A stretch of DNA of 57,104 nt from Macrostomum lignano (GCA_002269645.1 NIVC01002078.1:149624-206727), one strand, 5' to 3'. Shown: positions 1 through 13,627, counted from the first letter of the stretch. Numbers and translations: made by a program. The notes: a model not told the origin generated them from the letters alone.

Positions 1-990
1 CAAATTACAATTAAGAATTAATTCAATTTCTAAAACCGGTCTAAGATTAAAAAAACGTCCTATACTTCTTCCAACCCAAACCTGAACGCCTAGGCACCGT
101 TTTAACTTCGCTCGCAATTACCACATTTAATCGTAATTGAATATCTTGTATTCTTCACCTTTGTTCTATCATTTGCTTTCACGTCCTTTTGCTCAGTTCG
201 CTGCCCGTCATAATAGTCTTTGAATAATTGCTTAGTACTAACAGATTAACACTACTTGCAAAAAATGAGTATATGCAACAAGAGAAACTGTAAACAAATT
301 TACAGAGATTGGCACAAAATACAAAAAATATATGAAACTTATTGATGCAGAGGTATATTTGAAAGAAATGTTTTTTTTGGTTTATATAAGTTGACTGTGA
401 TGAATAAAGATAATAAATAAGGAGCTAATTACTATATTCGAACAAGCAAAAGAATAAAAAACAAGGTAAGTCAGTCAACTATTCATTGAGAAAAAAATAG
501 GCCAGATAGCAATAAAATAATATGATTTAACCAAAGTGAATAATTCCTTGGTATTACAATAGCTACGGAATAAATAGAAAGACAAAACTATAACATGAAG
601 TTCACTCAGATACTATATTGAAGAATAAGAACCAAGCTGAAAAAGTACAAAACTCCAATAGAAAAATAATAACAGTAGCAACAATAATAGTGACTATATT
701 CCAAGTCCAAATAAACTACTACGTAATAACAATTAATAAATAAACAATATTAGTACTAAGCAATTATTCAAAGACTATAATGACGGGCAGCGAACTGAGC
801 AAAAGGACGTGAAAGCAAATGATAGAACAAAGGTGAAGAATACAAAATATTCAATTACGATTAAATGTGGTAATTGCGAGCGAAGTTAAAACGGTGCCTA
901 GGCGTTCAGGTTGAGTTGGAAGAAGTATAGGCGACGTTTTTTAATCTTAGACCGGTTTTAGAAATTGAATTAATTCTTAATTGTAACTTG
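1..990. mobile_element. Foldback/MITE-like element with ~240-bp inverted arms and an AT-rich non-coding core (left end may extend outside the window)
   Basis: 1-241 is the near-perfect reverse complement of 750-990 (e.g. acgtccttttgctcagttcgctgcccgtca vs tgacgggcagcgaactgagcaaaaggacgt). No ORF inside. Confidence 0.75.
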
Positions 991-3291
991 ACTATCATTT
1001 ACCTAGATTATTTTTACATTTAGTCTGCTTAACATTTGTTTTACTAAGGACGTTAAAATGGCAGTTTAAGTCATTTTAAGTCACTCGAACGCACCCAAAG
1101 TTTAGCTCGTAGCGTCGTCCTTGTGAGGAATGGAAAAACTTCTTTCACTGAAGTGAAAGATTGAACTGAACTGAACTCACTGAACTCACTGAACTGAAGT
1201 GAAAGATACTTTAAATTCTATGTATATGCTCATCTATGTTTTTTACCTTAAGATTTCTGACAGGGTCATACTGCAGTATTTTTCGCAAGTGAAAATTGTA
1301 ATAAAGGCATGCAGGTACAACCGTACCGCGTACTTTCTTATACATTGGCAACAAAACCACGTATAAATCAGCTTGTTCAACAGCGCAGGTTCCAAGTTGA
1401 TAGCCAGAGAAACGCCCACATGTGCAACTCTACACTCATGTCTAACGGATTAGTTGATTTCAAATCATCTGCAAGATGATAGGATTCACGTAGCCATTTG
1501 CAACAAAACAAACCAAATGTATTTTTTCTACAGTTCCCATTTAATTGATTTATGGCTGTATAATTTCTGCTCACAAATACGCATAGTTCACAGCGAAAAG
1601 CAATCATTAATAATATTATCGCCACATTCACCAGCTAGTATGCACTATGCACGATTTTCAGTTCGTTGCCACTGACAGTCGGAGCATAATTGCGCACGCA
1701 ATTTTCATTGCAATCGGCAATGGGTCATACGAGCTACAGTTCATGACCCAAAAAGAAAATAGATACAAAAACATTTCCATTGGCATTAGCTATTTGGTAA
1801 AATTAAACAGTCTGAAGACAATACGCTAAATGTCTGCGTTTTCAACGACAGAGAAATTTACATTTAGCAACCGTAAAAATAGTCTGCATGGTTGCTAAGG
1901 GCAGCCCTGTGTCTGTCTATTTTCTGTTTCAAACAGTAGGCTAAATCATTACTGAGAGAGTGCAGTCATTTTGCCATTAGCAAAAACTGTAAATCAAGAA
2001 TAAAATGAGAAAAATTCAAAGTAATTTTTTTGTCTAGATTCAAGTAATTAAAAAAACAGATAGACGATAATTGAAACAAAAGTGGCGCAAAAATTAAATA
2101 ATTACAGAAGCACACAAATCAATGCGCTGTTTTAAGGTGAATTTGAAATAATACAAAAACAGTATATTGCAGTGAAGGTACATAAAATATTGCTCATCAT
2201 ATTATTCTTTGTTACGAAACTTTTTCGTTGGCAAAATAGCTTAATACGGTAGTTATTGCAAGAATAAAAATGTATTACTCTTCTCGGTAATTTCCATTTG
2301 AATTTGATTGGCTCAATTCCATGTAAATTGTAAAGTGAGTTTCCGCCAGAGAATTCGTGTTTAGAGAATAATAAAACAATAAATCCGCTTAAACAACCAA
2401 ATATAAAACAGTGGCTGGATGCATTACTACAAGAGCTAGTTAAAAATTACCAACCCATTCATAGAATGGGGTCTTTGGCATTTGAAAACGAAAGAATAAC
2501 TTGAGACCAACACAAATAGCTTTGGCATTGTAAAACAGAGACTTACGCACAGGTATTTCTATACAGCATCTATAATAGAAATATTTGTTTAAATGAATGA
2601 TAGACAATTAGAAACGAACAATTATTAATTGTGACTAAATCATATTTCACTCGGATACACAGTAACTGTGTGAAAAACAACAAGCTTTAATTACAGACAT
2701 AAGTACCGGTTTACTCGGATGTACATTCATATGTCATCTAGCTAGTCACTTTATTAAGAGAAGGGCGGATTTTTATTAGAATATACAAGTACAAACTAAA
2801 CAGAGATTATTGTTGAGACACGGTGAGAATAGATCTAGATTGATTGCTAAGATACGGGGTGAGAATAGATCCATATAGACAGCTGAGATACAGGGTGAGA
2901 AAAGATCTACCTCCCTAAAGATAGATCTAAGAGAATAAAGAAGAAAGAATCTATTATTATTATTAATATTATGCATTCCAACGCATATTATTTATTACAA
3001 GCGCAGTAATGGTAAATACAAGTATAGCAATCTGATTTAGAGTAGATTATTACAAACTTTTAGGTTGACAAAATCCACCAGTACAGATCAGCTATGTTAA
3101 GAAATAAAACACAACTTCAGCCTGTCTGCATGCAAAAATATTTTGAATTAAAAAAATAATAATTAGAATCAATTAATAATAATAAAACGAATACTATAGC
3201 TTTCCAGTTTTATAACAGAGATATTCATAAGTGTCAAGAAAAACAACAAAAAGCATGATTATAAATCATTCAATCCGGCTAGAAGTCTGCG

Positions 3292-6200
3292 TCAGACAAT
3301 GCAGTGCACTGACGAGGCTGACTGAGTGTTTGAATTCTGCGCTGCAAGGTTGATGGGCAATTTGTGAGGACAATTTAATGAGTACAAAATAATATATGTT
3401 GAATATATAATAATTAAATTTTAAATAGAAATAGAAATCATTCATAATGTACTGCAGTGCAAACACTAATGGGTGTCTTAGTGGGTCATAATGCTACCGC
3501 CTACCCCTAATGGGTGTCTTAGTGGGTCAAAATGCTACCGCCTACCCCTAATGGGTGTCTTAGTGGGTCAAAATGCTACCGCCTACCCCTAATGGGTGTC
3601 TTAGTGGGTCATAATGCTACCGCCTACCCCTAATGGGTGTCTTAGTGGGTCAAAATGCTACCGCCTACCCCTAATGGGTGTCTTAGTGGGTCATAATGCT
3701 ACCGCCTACCCCTAATGGGTGTCTTAGTGGGTCATAATGCTACCGCTTACCCCAATGGGGTGTCTTAGTGGGTCATAATGCTGCCGCCTACCCCTAATGG
3801 GTGTCTTAGTGGGTCATAATGCTACCTCCTACCCCTAATGGGGTGTCTTAGTGGGTCATAATGCTACCGCCTACCCCTAATGGGTGTCTTAGTGGGTCAT
3901 AATGCTACCGCTTACCCCAATGGGGTGTCTTAATGGGTCATAATGCTGCCGCCTACCCCTAATGGGTGTCTTAGTGGGTCATAATGCTACCCCTAATAGT
4001 ACTGCTACTATGCTAAATAGGTATTTCTGAAGGTACTGCTACCCTAAATGGGTACTGCTATCCTAAATGGGCATTGCTGTGGGTACTGGCCATCCTAAAT
4101 GGGATGTCCGTGGGTAATGCTATTCTAAATGGGTATTTCTGTTGGTAAATGCATTCTAAATAGGTTTTTCTGTGAGTACTTCTAATCTTAATTTGCATTT
4201 GTGGGTACCCACTACCGCTATAAAACTTGAAATTTTGAGCACAATATTCGAACCCAAAGCAAACTGACTCACCACCGACAGCATCAGTACCGCCAGAGAT
4301 GACTCCATCCGCAGGAGCGCCATTGCCATTCTTAACAATCACATCATTACCGTCACCTGGCAGCTGTGCAGGTAAGGATTCGCTGATCACCTGTACGCTA
4401 TTATTAACGTGTCCAACGCTATTAGAAGTTGCGTCGTTATTGTTGCGAGTTAAATTTGAATAGCGCACAGCTGGCGTTGCTGTTACCGCAGTACTAGCTG
4501 CTGCTGCAGAAACAGTACCGTTGCGCCCGTTGTTAGTAACTAAACTAATGCTGGAACCGAGTCCGATTTCATCTTCTCTGAAATTTAATAGCGAAGGCGT
4601 CACCGGGCCGAATAGTACGTAGCAACAATTTGCTAGGCCGTTGCCTTGATCGAATGGATTTATTAGGTCCGGGTGGCGTCGCTGATTAAAAGAGCCTTTG
4701 ATCTGCGAATTGTAAGCATGGGATAAGTAATAAAGTAGCCAGTCAATAGGAATCGATGCAGTGACACGAAGGCTAGATTACTGCCAGCCAATAGGAATCG
4801 ATGTAAGGGGGGGGCGAAAGTTAGACTACTGCAAGCCAATAGGAATCGATGTAAGGGGACAAGGTTAGATTACTGAAAGCCAATAGGAATCGATGAAGGG
4901 GCGCGAAGGTTAGATTACTGCCAGCCAATAGGAATCAATGAAGGTGACAGAAGATTAGATTACTGCCAGCCAATAGGAATCGGTGAAGGGGACAGAAGGT
5001 TAGATTACTGCAAGCAAATGGAATCGATGTGAGCGAACAAGGTTAGATTACTGCAAACCAATAGGAATCGGTGAAGGGGACAGAAGGTTAGATTACTGCA
5101 AGCCAATAGGAATCGGTGAAGGGACCGAATTACTGCAAGCCAATAGGAATCAATGAAGGGGACCGAATGTTAGATTTCTGCCAGCCAATAGGAATCGATT
5201 TAGACTGCCGGTGAATAGTAAACGATTTAGGGACTCTAAAGCCATATAACGACTAGCCAATAGGAATCAAACTACACGAAGGGGTGCTACTCGTAAGATA
5301 ACAAATTCCAGCCAACAGTAAATATTTCAGACTTATTTTAATATTTCAAGCCAACAGAGAAAGTGAGAACAATAAAATGAAGATAATAAAAATAACTTAC
5401 ATCCTCATTAGTAGATGTCTCCCTGCAGATAAGCATAGTGTGAAAGCCGCCAAGACCGACGACCGACCAGATAGAGAAAAATGCAACTAGTATAGTGAGC
5501 ACAGTTAACGTTGGCAGCGCCAGGGTTAAGGAAAATATCATGATAACTTCACTTCAATACAAAAAGTGTGATTAGGAAAAAATTCATAAACTAAGTAACA
5601 AAGGATATCTTGTAGGCGACTCCTTCATGGCCATTAGGAAATCTTTGCGCATGTTGGACACTGAAATTGAAAATATTTGAATAGGTACTAAAGTATCTAG
5701 ATGGGCCACTCAGGCATATGCTTTCTACTTTCAGTTCAGTAGCAAAGATGAATACATAGGCTATTCTATAAAAATAAAGGCAGCTGAAATGACTTTGATA
5801 AGTTTAGAAGCCCGAGCTTGCAGGCGTAAACAACTCGCTAATTGGTTCAGCAATTGGTCTGGAAGTGAGATTTCATGGTAATGGCCATAGCATCAGGATC
5901 CCAGTGGGAATGCGGAATGGGGGTGTAGAGGCGAAGCCCCCACTTAAAATCAGACTATTTTTTTATTTTACGCTCATAGACCCGTTTTGTTTTCAGACTG
6001 CATTTGAGCTCGCATTGAGTAATTACTAAATGACAGAACATTCTCAAGCATTGACAGCAAAGCTGTAAAGCGAGAAAGAAACTTACGCAGCACCAAATTA
6101 ACAATGCCGAACACCATAACGTATAGGCAATAAACAGACAAGCTGATCAGGAACAGATAAAAATAACGGTAATTCCGCCTGCCAACGCAGTTGCCAACCC

Positions 6201-8045
6201 ACGGGCAATGGTGATCGAATCTATCCACGCAATTGTCGCAGGTTGAGCAGTGACTCGCCCTTGGCGGACGCCACAGTTTGCAGGTGAAGCAGTACTTTAG
6301 CTTGAATACCCTGCCATTAATCTGTACATCTTTCAGGCGTACAGGCGGTCGGTAATTGCCGTCTCGATCGACCTGGGGGCCCTCTGGCAGGTAGGAGAGG
6401 GGGGCGAGTATTGAACTTAGATTAGTATTAATTAGGACACCGCATTCACCGCTAAGGGTGGTTTTCATTACTAGATTGTGTAATCACTAGCCTCTAAGCT
6501 GCCCATTGATCAGCCCCGCCACATTTTAACTTTTGATCAGCTCCGTCACACTCATTAGCCCTTGGATCAGCTCCGTCACACTCATTAGCCCTTTGATCAG
6601 CTCCGTCACACTCATTAGCCCTTTGATCAGCTCCGTCACACTCATTAGCCCTTTGATCAGCTCCGTCACACTCATTAGCCCTTTGATCAGCTCCGTCACA
6701 CTCATTAGCCCTTTGATCAGCTCCGTCACACTCATTAGCCCTTTGATCAGCTCCGTCACACTCATTAGCCCTTTGATCAGCTCCGTCACACTCATTAGCC
6801 CTTTGATTAGCTCCGTCACACTCATTAGCCCTTTAATCAGCTCCGTCACACTCATTAGCCCTTTAATCAGCTCCGTCACACTCATTAGCCCTTTGATCAG
6901 CTCCGTTACACTCATTAGCCCTTTGATCAGCTCCGTCACACTCATTAGCCCTTTAATCAGCTCCGTCACACTCATTAGCCCTTTAATCAGCTCCGTCACA
7001 CTCATTAGCCCTCTAATCAGCCGCAACACTCATTAGCCCTCTAATCAGCCGCAACACTCATTAGCCCTCTAATCAGCCGCAACACTCATTAGCCCTTTAA
7101 TCAGCCGCAACACTCATTAGCCCTTTGATTAGCCGCAACAACAATGTTTAAAACAGACAGAATCGAGCAACAGAATGCCATAGTATTTAGAAAAGACCAG
7201 AGCACACGAGGGTAATATGCAAATAAAGAATTCCATGTTTAATTTACATTGTGGCATTGTGGCAAAGCAGCAAAACATCGATACGTGCAAAGCACTTTCA
7301 CAGATCGGTAAGCATTCAGTAATGTGACACGTGAATTAGACAGCATATTGATCTAAAGTAGCAAGCACCTTTGCACAAAAGCAATTTATGCAAGGGATTT
7401 AGTTAGTCAAATAAAAAATCTAGCTTTGTTTATGCTAAACCTTGCGTAATCCTCTAGGAGCTATGTAAAGAGACTAAAAGAGCTAAAAAAACTATTTATA
7501 CTTAATCGATTGCTGTATTTTTATATACTAGTAATATATCTAGATACAAATTTTAGTGATACTCGTAAATTAATGAAAATTATCGTCAGTGTCTACATAA
7601 TTCTACACTTTTACCGAAAGTTCACTCCGACTTGTCTCCAATTGGTTTTATTTAACCCATAAAAACATGACTTCGACAGTTAAATGCCACAGCAGCTAAA
7701 CAGAAAATTGACCCCTCAAAAGTTTCAAGGCAGCCAGCTCTCACCCAGCTGAGATTCAATCCAGGCAGCTTCGTCTGGCGTGCCCCTAGGAATAATTCCG
7801 GGATCGCTAAATGTAGTTCTCAACAGGCAGCACAGTACAAAGATGAATTGCACAGCGGCCAAGACGGGCACTGATGGAGACAGAGTCACAGCTAGCAGCC
7901 TGCAGTCGAATGCTAAAAATAGGCACGAACTGATGACAATCAGGGCCAGAGTGAGGTAGAACACTGATAGATTCTTGGCCGAGATGCAGCGACCACTGCA
8001 GAGGACCTGACTCTTGCCTGGATACACTTCCCATCGTTTGGGCAT
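3292..8045 (-). CDS. ZDHHC9/14/18: DHHC palmitoyltransferase, ZDHHC9/14/18 (Erf2/approximated) clade, 6 predicted exons
   Basis: Exons (-): 8045-7745 ([11 protein letters not shown]...FSDPGIIPR), 6383-6087 ([39 protein letters not shown]), 5660-5609 ([16 protein letters not shown]), 5503-5401 ([22 protein letters not shown]...TNED), 4702-4273 (IKGSF...NPFDQG...), 3341-3292 (tentative last exon [16 protein letters not shown]). Splice phases are compatible. The last exon is less certain; read-through to the stop at 4058 is the alternative. Confidence 0.93.
3465..3995. repeat. 41-bp minisatellite (~13 copies), with a degenerate continuation to ~4150
   Basis: Unit ctaatgggtgtcttagtgggtcataatgctaccgcctaccc. 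Confidence 0.95.
4738..5270. repeat. Degenerate ~44-bp minisatellite in a ZDHHC intron
   Basis: Recurrent agccaataggaatcgatg...ggttagattactgc. Confidence 0.9.
5504..5608 (-). other. U12-type (minor spliceosome) AT-AC intron in the ZDHHC gene
   Basis: 5' splice site ATATCCTTT (5608-5600), branch site TTCCTTAAC (5533-5525), terminal AC (5505-5504). Splicing gives [15 protein letters not shown], collinear with the family pattern KDSPASVLE. Confidence 0.85.
6527..7137. repeat. 30-bp minisatellite grading into a shorter variant, ZDHHC intron 1
   Basis: Unit ttgatcagctccgtcacactcattagccct; later copies taatcagccgcaacactcattagccct. Confidence 0.95.
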
Positions 8046-8175
8046 TATGATTAATAATCAGTTAATGACTACAGATATCTTCTGTCACCTGTTCAATTCT
8101 GTCTACTTTTATGCATTCAAATCTTGAAGCATTTTTACTCATGAGTTGAAATATGTAGTGATCAGTATTAATGAT

Positions 8176-8437
8176 AAAAATAATAGTTGATTACACCTTC
8201 TCTAATGATAAGACATGCAACCAACAGTTCCACCTGCATATTGCTGTTCAGTCCAAGGACTGGGGTTGTCACACCTTCAATTACTTTAGCTAATGCTGGA
8301 ACCCATTTTAGCTAGGTAAAGCAATGCAGAGTTAAGTATCTTTGCTCAAGGATACAAAACACTTCATGTAGGTCAAGATTCAAACCTCAAACCTTTTAGT
8401 TATGAGCCTGATGTTCTAACCATTAGGCTACAACCCC
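8176..8437 (-). mobile_element. Diverged tRNA-derived SINE copy (same family as 20547-20850)
   Basis: Reverse complement reads ggggttgtagcctaatggttagaac...gtatccttgagcaaagatacttaactctgcattgc...aaaatgggttccagcattagct...ccccagtccttggactgaacagc...ggtgtaatcaactattat, collinear with the + strand copy. Confidence 0.8.
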
Positions 8438-8616
8438 TTGTAAAATCAGAAGACCAGATATATAAAACATGAATCTTACAAGTGTAGATAAGTTATAATG
8501 ACATGAGCCTTATTTTACTGCCAAATAAAAATATACCCTTTTCAATTAAATTTGTCTAAACTATAAAACTTTTTATCTACTGATCCTTATTTAATGGGAG
8601 CTAAATTTTGATCAAG

Positions 8617-8875
8617 GAGCCTCTTCATGGCAATTGATTCCAGAACCAGAATTGGTTTGGATTTCCAAGAAAAAAAGCAGTATAACTATTTAACTTTGTT
8701 GAATGTTTGACTGCCTTAACAGCCTTACTTTGCACAATTTTTCACTTTCTTGGCTATTGGCATTCAATAATCACAATTTTAAAGCACTAATATCCCTCTA
8801 GTTTAGGAGACAAAAAGTTATACTTTACAAATTGGTTCTGGTTCTAGAACCAGAACAAGCAATATAAAGAGCCTC
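8617..8875. mobile_element. ~260-bp MITE-like dispersed repeat, copy 1
   Basis: Highly similar to 12925-13193. Imperfect TIR gagcctcttcat...ttccagaaccagaa / ttctggttctagaa...ataaagagcctc. Confidence 0.75.
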
Positions 8876-8929
8876 AAGCTATTGACAATTGTATTTATGC
8901 AAAGCACTTTGGGAGTACGAGAAATGCCT

Positions 8930-9135
8930 GCCAAGATTTAGCCGCAGATTTGCCCACTGAGCTTTTCCCACCAAGATTTGCCCATAGTGCATTTTGCCCA
9001 TGGAGATTTGCCCACTAATATTTGCCCGCGAGCAAATTGCCCATGGATTTTTTCCCACCAGGGTTTGCCCACAATGCTTTTTTTCTACAGCACATTTAGC
9101 CACACAACAGATTTTGTTTACATTGCTTCCCCAAT
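8930..9135. repeat. Degenerate short-period repeat (tttgccca / ttttccca motif)
   Basis: gatttgccca-like motif recurs about ten times. Confidence 0.6.
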
Positions 9136-10112
9136 GCTTGGTAAGTTTTAATAAAGAGATTTACCAAATCAAAACATTTTGATGTATAGTAACTACATAT
9201 CAAATGCATATTTTTTGAGAGGATAGGCAATAGTATACTAATACTTATATCTATTATAATGATTATAGTTAAGGATTGCAATCTTGGGATTGGGCCTAAA
9301 TCATTATTGCTTCTAGAAAATGTTCTATTTTTAATAACTATACAATAATTTAAACTTTGCAAAGTCTATCAAAAGTATTTGGCTATTTTTAAAGTTTAGG
9401 AATTTTTTTTATTAGGGGCAGGGGGTTGTGTGCACCCTGGTGCACTTTAAGCGACATAGGAACACAATCAGCAAGAGGCATTACTGCCCATTCTGCCAAC
9501 TCCCCTAAGCAGGCATACAAGCACGCAGATATGTATACAGGCACACACTCACACAGGGTATATAATAGCCCTAACTTTATTTTATCATTAGGCATATACA
9601 CTTTATTGCACCTTGGGGGGTTGGCTCTCAAGGCCATTAATTGCACAAGCAGAGCCAAGCCATGATTCCAATTCAGCCCCAAATTAATGTGACTGCACTT
9701 GGAATTGAGCATGGGTCGTTGGCATACCAGAGCCTACACTAGACTGCTAGGTTTGGCTATGGCCCTCCTAAAAGTTTGGGAAAATTATAACATTAATATT
9801 ATTGTTATATCATTTGCATAAAATTATTAAAATTATCTTTTTTGCTTCATGCCTCTTTTTACATCATTTTGTGCTCTCTTTCTCTCTGTCATACATTATT
9901 GTAGGCTGTACTAGGTCCATATAGAAAAATTACCTTCCATTGTGCAAAAACATCTCTTCACACTATTGTTGGTAATTTGATATTATAAAAACAATTTGAG
10001 GCCGAGGGTGGCTGTTAAAGGAATCAATGAAGAAATTACATGTCTGTCATACATGTGGACATCAATAAATGATGGGACATGCAGTCACAGACATGCAGCA
10101 AACGCAAAAGGG

Positions 10113-10310
10113 GTAAATGCTAATAGGAGGAATGCCGGAATGGGACTACTCTAAAAGAAAAAAATTAGCCATAGGCATAAATACTAATAGAAGGAATGCC
10201 GGAATGGGACTACTGTAAAAGAAAAAATTAGCCATCTAGGCATAAATAGAAAGTCGAAGGAATGAAGTAATGGCCAATGGGACTACTCTAAAAGAAAAAA
10301 TTAGCCACTA
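10113..10310. repeat. Three imperfect ~65-bp tandem copies
   Basis: ggaatgccggaatgggactactctaaaagaaaaaattagcca repeated. Confidence 0.75.
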
Positions 10311-10799
10311 TATAGTTTTACAGATTTACATTTTTACAGTTTTATCTGACTTTAGTTAGTCAGAGACAGTGTGTGAGGTATGTGCAGGCATTACGGCTTA
10401 ACAGCATAAAGCTTAAAGACTAGCATAAAGACTATTTGTACTGATTGTATAGTCTCTGTAGTTTTAAAATTAAACATGGCTTTCCATGAATTGTTTCGTT
10501 TAAATTAATGCAAAAAGATTGCTTGTAAATTTTTCTTGTACGTTCAACAGAAAGTTAATTTTTAAAAACTTAATTTGAGTTTAAATTAAAGACTAAAAAT
10601 ATTTTTTAGCAATAGTTTTTTCAAATTTTCTTTTTAAGTAAAATGTCACTTACGATTAATTACATTTTCATATGCCTTAATGGGGACCCTTCAAATTATA
10701 TATTTGCGTCATGACTAATCATTATAGTAACTTAAAATCTCATGCATAATTTTACAATAAAATATTTCATTTGAAATCAGCTATGTCGCTTTAAAGGTC

Positions 10800-11170
10800 A
10801 ATACAGCATTGCTTTTACCGGTAGAACTTGGACACAATATTTCGTCATGCTCCGGCTTTGTGCAGTAATTCGAATTTACTGTTAGATCGCTCGAGTGTCG
10901 GACCGGACGTTCGCTCGACAATCCGACGACGCAGCGATTTAACGTTTATGCATTAACTTGGAGATCAATTTTATGTCGAAGTTGTGTCCCGTTAATTTTT
11001 TAAAATAATGCAAAGTTTGTCAAAAAAGAGAGCCCGAGGCCGAATAGCCTATTTTGATAATGTTCATTTGACGCGATCGCATTTGACGTTGTGAACTCAT
11101 CCCGGACCATTGGCATTGATGTTACTGTTAAATTTTAAGAAAGAAGTGCGCAGTCGTAGTCTTTACTTTA
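10800..11170. promoter_or_regulatory. Candidate bidirectional promoter region for the head-to-head ZDHHC and FBXO28 genes
   Basis: Local CpG-rich island in an AT-rich background between divergent genes. Both ATGs are preceded by splice acceptors, implying non-coding first exons. Inference only. Confidence 0.3.
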
Positions 11171-12059
11171 GGTCGTAACTACTGCTCTTTAGCTACAGAT
11201 ATCATTGTAGGCCTAGCCTAAGTAACAAAGTGTACAGACATCATGATCTAGGCCTAGGCCTACACTAGGCCTGCACTGCATCATGCTGAATTAACAATAC
11301 TAAAAAGGCTGATTATAAGCCATTGTTTGTAGTTGTAGGCTTTATTCGGTCTTGTATTTTTATTTCACTGTTGCCCTTAAAAATTGGAACTTAAAATTTT
11401 AATTTAGATAGGGCCTAAACCTAGCCTAGCCCTAGCCTAGCCTAGGCCTATTCTGTTCTATAACATGATAAATATGCCAAGCCAAGGTAGTACATAGGTA
11501 GGGCCCAAATATCTTTATACATACACCACAAAAAACCTGTGGCTAAGCTACAGATTCATCATTACTACAGATTCAAACTCAACAACTGACTGATCATCAT
11601 GAAGACACTCTATTCTCTAATATCACGCTAGTAGGCCTATACCTTGTTAATTAAAGAAGATGTACAGACTGGCATATAAATTCATGCAGCTTAGCAAGTA
11701 CTAGAAAAATAACTTCACTGTTATTTATCCAATACTGAACAAATAACTTTACTTTTATTTATCTGGTACTAGACTAATAGTTACTGCTTTGTTGCAAATG
11801 CTTCTAAAGGCTATTCTTTCTATATCAGATTTTTTCAATAGCTTATAAATAGGAAAGCTAAAAAATGATATATTACATAAAAAATATTTTTTTAATTGTA
11901 TAACAATGATGATAGTGCTTGAACAGTCCTTGAAATCCATCAATTGAAATTCCATGCCTTGAACCCCATCTTTTAAATTGTCTCCAAATTCTTTACAAAA
12001 CTATTCAATTACCATAGTTCATATATTGTTTTCACTGTTTGCAAAAACTGACCGCTATT

Positions 12060-12400
12060 GTCTAGACTTAGACTCTTGTGTCTCCTCTCTTTCTGTGCTA
12101 TTATTGTTACTCTCTCTCTCTCTCTCTCTCCTCTTATCTCTACTCCTCTCATATTCTTCCCTCTCTTTTCTAATCTCTAATCTCTTCTTTCTCATTTTCT
12201 CACTCATTTTTTTTCTCATTGCATCTCTAATCTCTCCCCTCCTTAGTAACTTCTTCTTTTTCCTTTCTCCTCTCATCTCTACTACCTTATTTATCTCTTC
12301 TCCCTGGTCTTTTGTCTCTACTCCCCTGTCTCTTTTCTCCCCTCTTTTCTCAACTCTTCTCTCTCCTCTCTCCTCTATTCTTTCCTCACCACTCTAGTGA
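12060..12400. repeat. CT-rich low-complexity tract
   Basis: (CT)n and ctctt-type polypyrimidine sequence. Confidence 0.8.
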
Positions 12401-12924
12401 TGATTAAACTTAAACAATGATTACTGTGATTAAATGTTTTTGCGACTTTAGGTTGAATGCCTCAAAGGTCCCAAAGTTAAGTAACTTTACTTATCAACTT
12501 TTTAACAATATAAGTTACTGCAAAAACAGACAATTGTAAAAATGAGCAATATTATATTAAATTTTGCATTCTCATTTTTCTAATTGATTTTTTTTCAAAA
12601 GTTTTATTTTCTTTACATTAGTATAATTTTGTTTTAGTTTTTCAATTTTTTCATATTTGGAAGCACATTTAGAAATTCAGAAAATAAAATTTCCAAATCC
12701 AAAACAATTCAAATCCAAATATTCAGATCCCTCACTAGTTGCTACTTACATAGCAGGTCAAAAAGCATAGCAGATCTTGCTACTTAGACTGCTGCACATT
12801 CCAAATGCTACAGGCAACATAGCTGTATATGCAGTATCCAACTGCCTCTCCAAGGTATCTGTCAGGGTCTAGGTCTCAATGTTGTATAAAAAAATAGTCT
12901 CAATGACTGCCAGAAACAGTCAAT

Positions 12925-13193
12925 GAGCCTCTTCATGGCAATCAATTCTAGAACCAGAAATCAGTTCGGATTTCCAAGAATAAAAGCAGTATAACTATTC
13001 AACTTTGTTGAATGTTTGACTGCCTTAATAGTCTTACTTTGCACAAATTTTCACTTTCTTCTTGGCTATTGCCATTCAATCACAATAATCAAAATTTTAA
13101 AGCACTAATATCCCTCTAGTTTAGGAGACAAAAAGTTATACTTTACTAATTGGTTCTGGTTCTAGAACCAGAACAAGCAATATGAAGAGCCTC
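12925..13193. mobile_element. ~270-bp MITE-like dispersed repeat, copy 2
   Basis: Similar to 8617-8875, same orientation. Termini gagcctcttcat ... atgaagagcctc. Confidence 0.75.
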
Positions 13194-13467
13194 AAGCTCT
13201 GAGCCCATTATCCAGGGCCTTAGAATAGAGCCTGGAGCACATAGAACATATACATGTATTCTAATCATAATTAAATAAGTTTTACTTAGTTTCAGTTTTC
13301 AAATGATCATAGCTCTACTAGGCCTAATCATAGCCATATGCCCATAGTTAGCTACAAAATATACTACTACCACTACTACACAGCTGTCAGTTGACATTAG
13401 TACACATATATTCATCTGGTCTCACTCAACTTAACTTGCCAATTTATGTATAGTATTATGCTTGGGC

Positions 13468-13627
13468 GCAACCTTGGGATTCACCCGGCCATTTCTATTG
13501 GTAACACACACACACACACATGTAAGTTGCTATTGGACGGAATAGTAGTCACATGTCCGCTCTCAGCCAATAGCAACTTACATGTGTGTGTTGCCAATAG
13601 AAACGGCCAGGTGATTCCCAAAGTTGC
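13468..13627. mobile_element. Small foldback element with ~60-bp inverted arms
   Basis: gcaaccttgggattcacccggccatttctattggtaacacac...catgtaagttgctattgg pairs with ccaatagcaacttacatgtgtgtgttgccaatagaaacggccaggtgattcccaaagttgc. Confidence 0.7.

Noticed and set aside
6526-7036. 167-aa repetitive ORFs on both strands
   Set aside because: Translation of a 30-bp intronic minisatellite inside ZDHHC intron 1.
11978-12397. Leu/Ser-rich 139-aa ORF and its Arg/Glu-rich antisense
   Set aside because: CT low-complexity tract with no coding signature.
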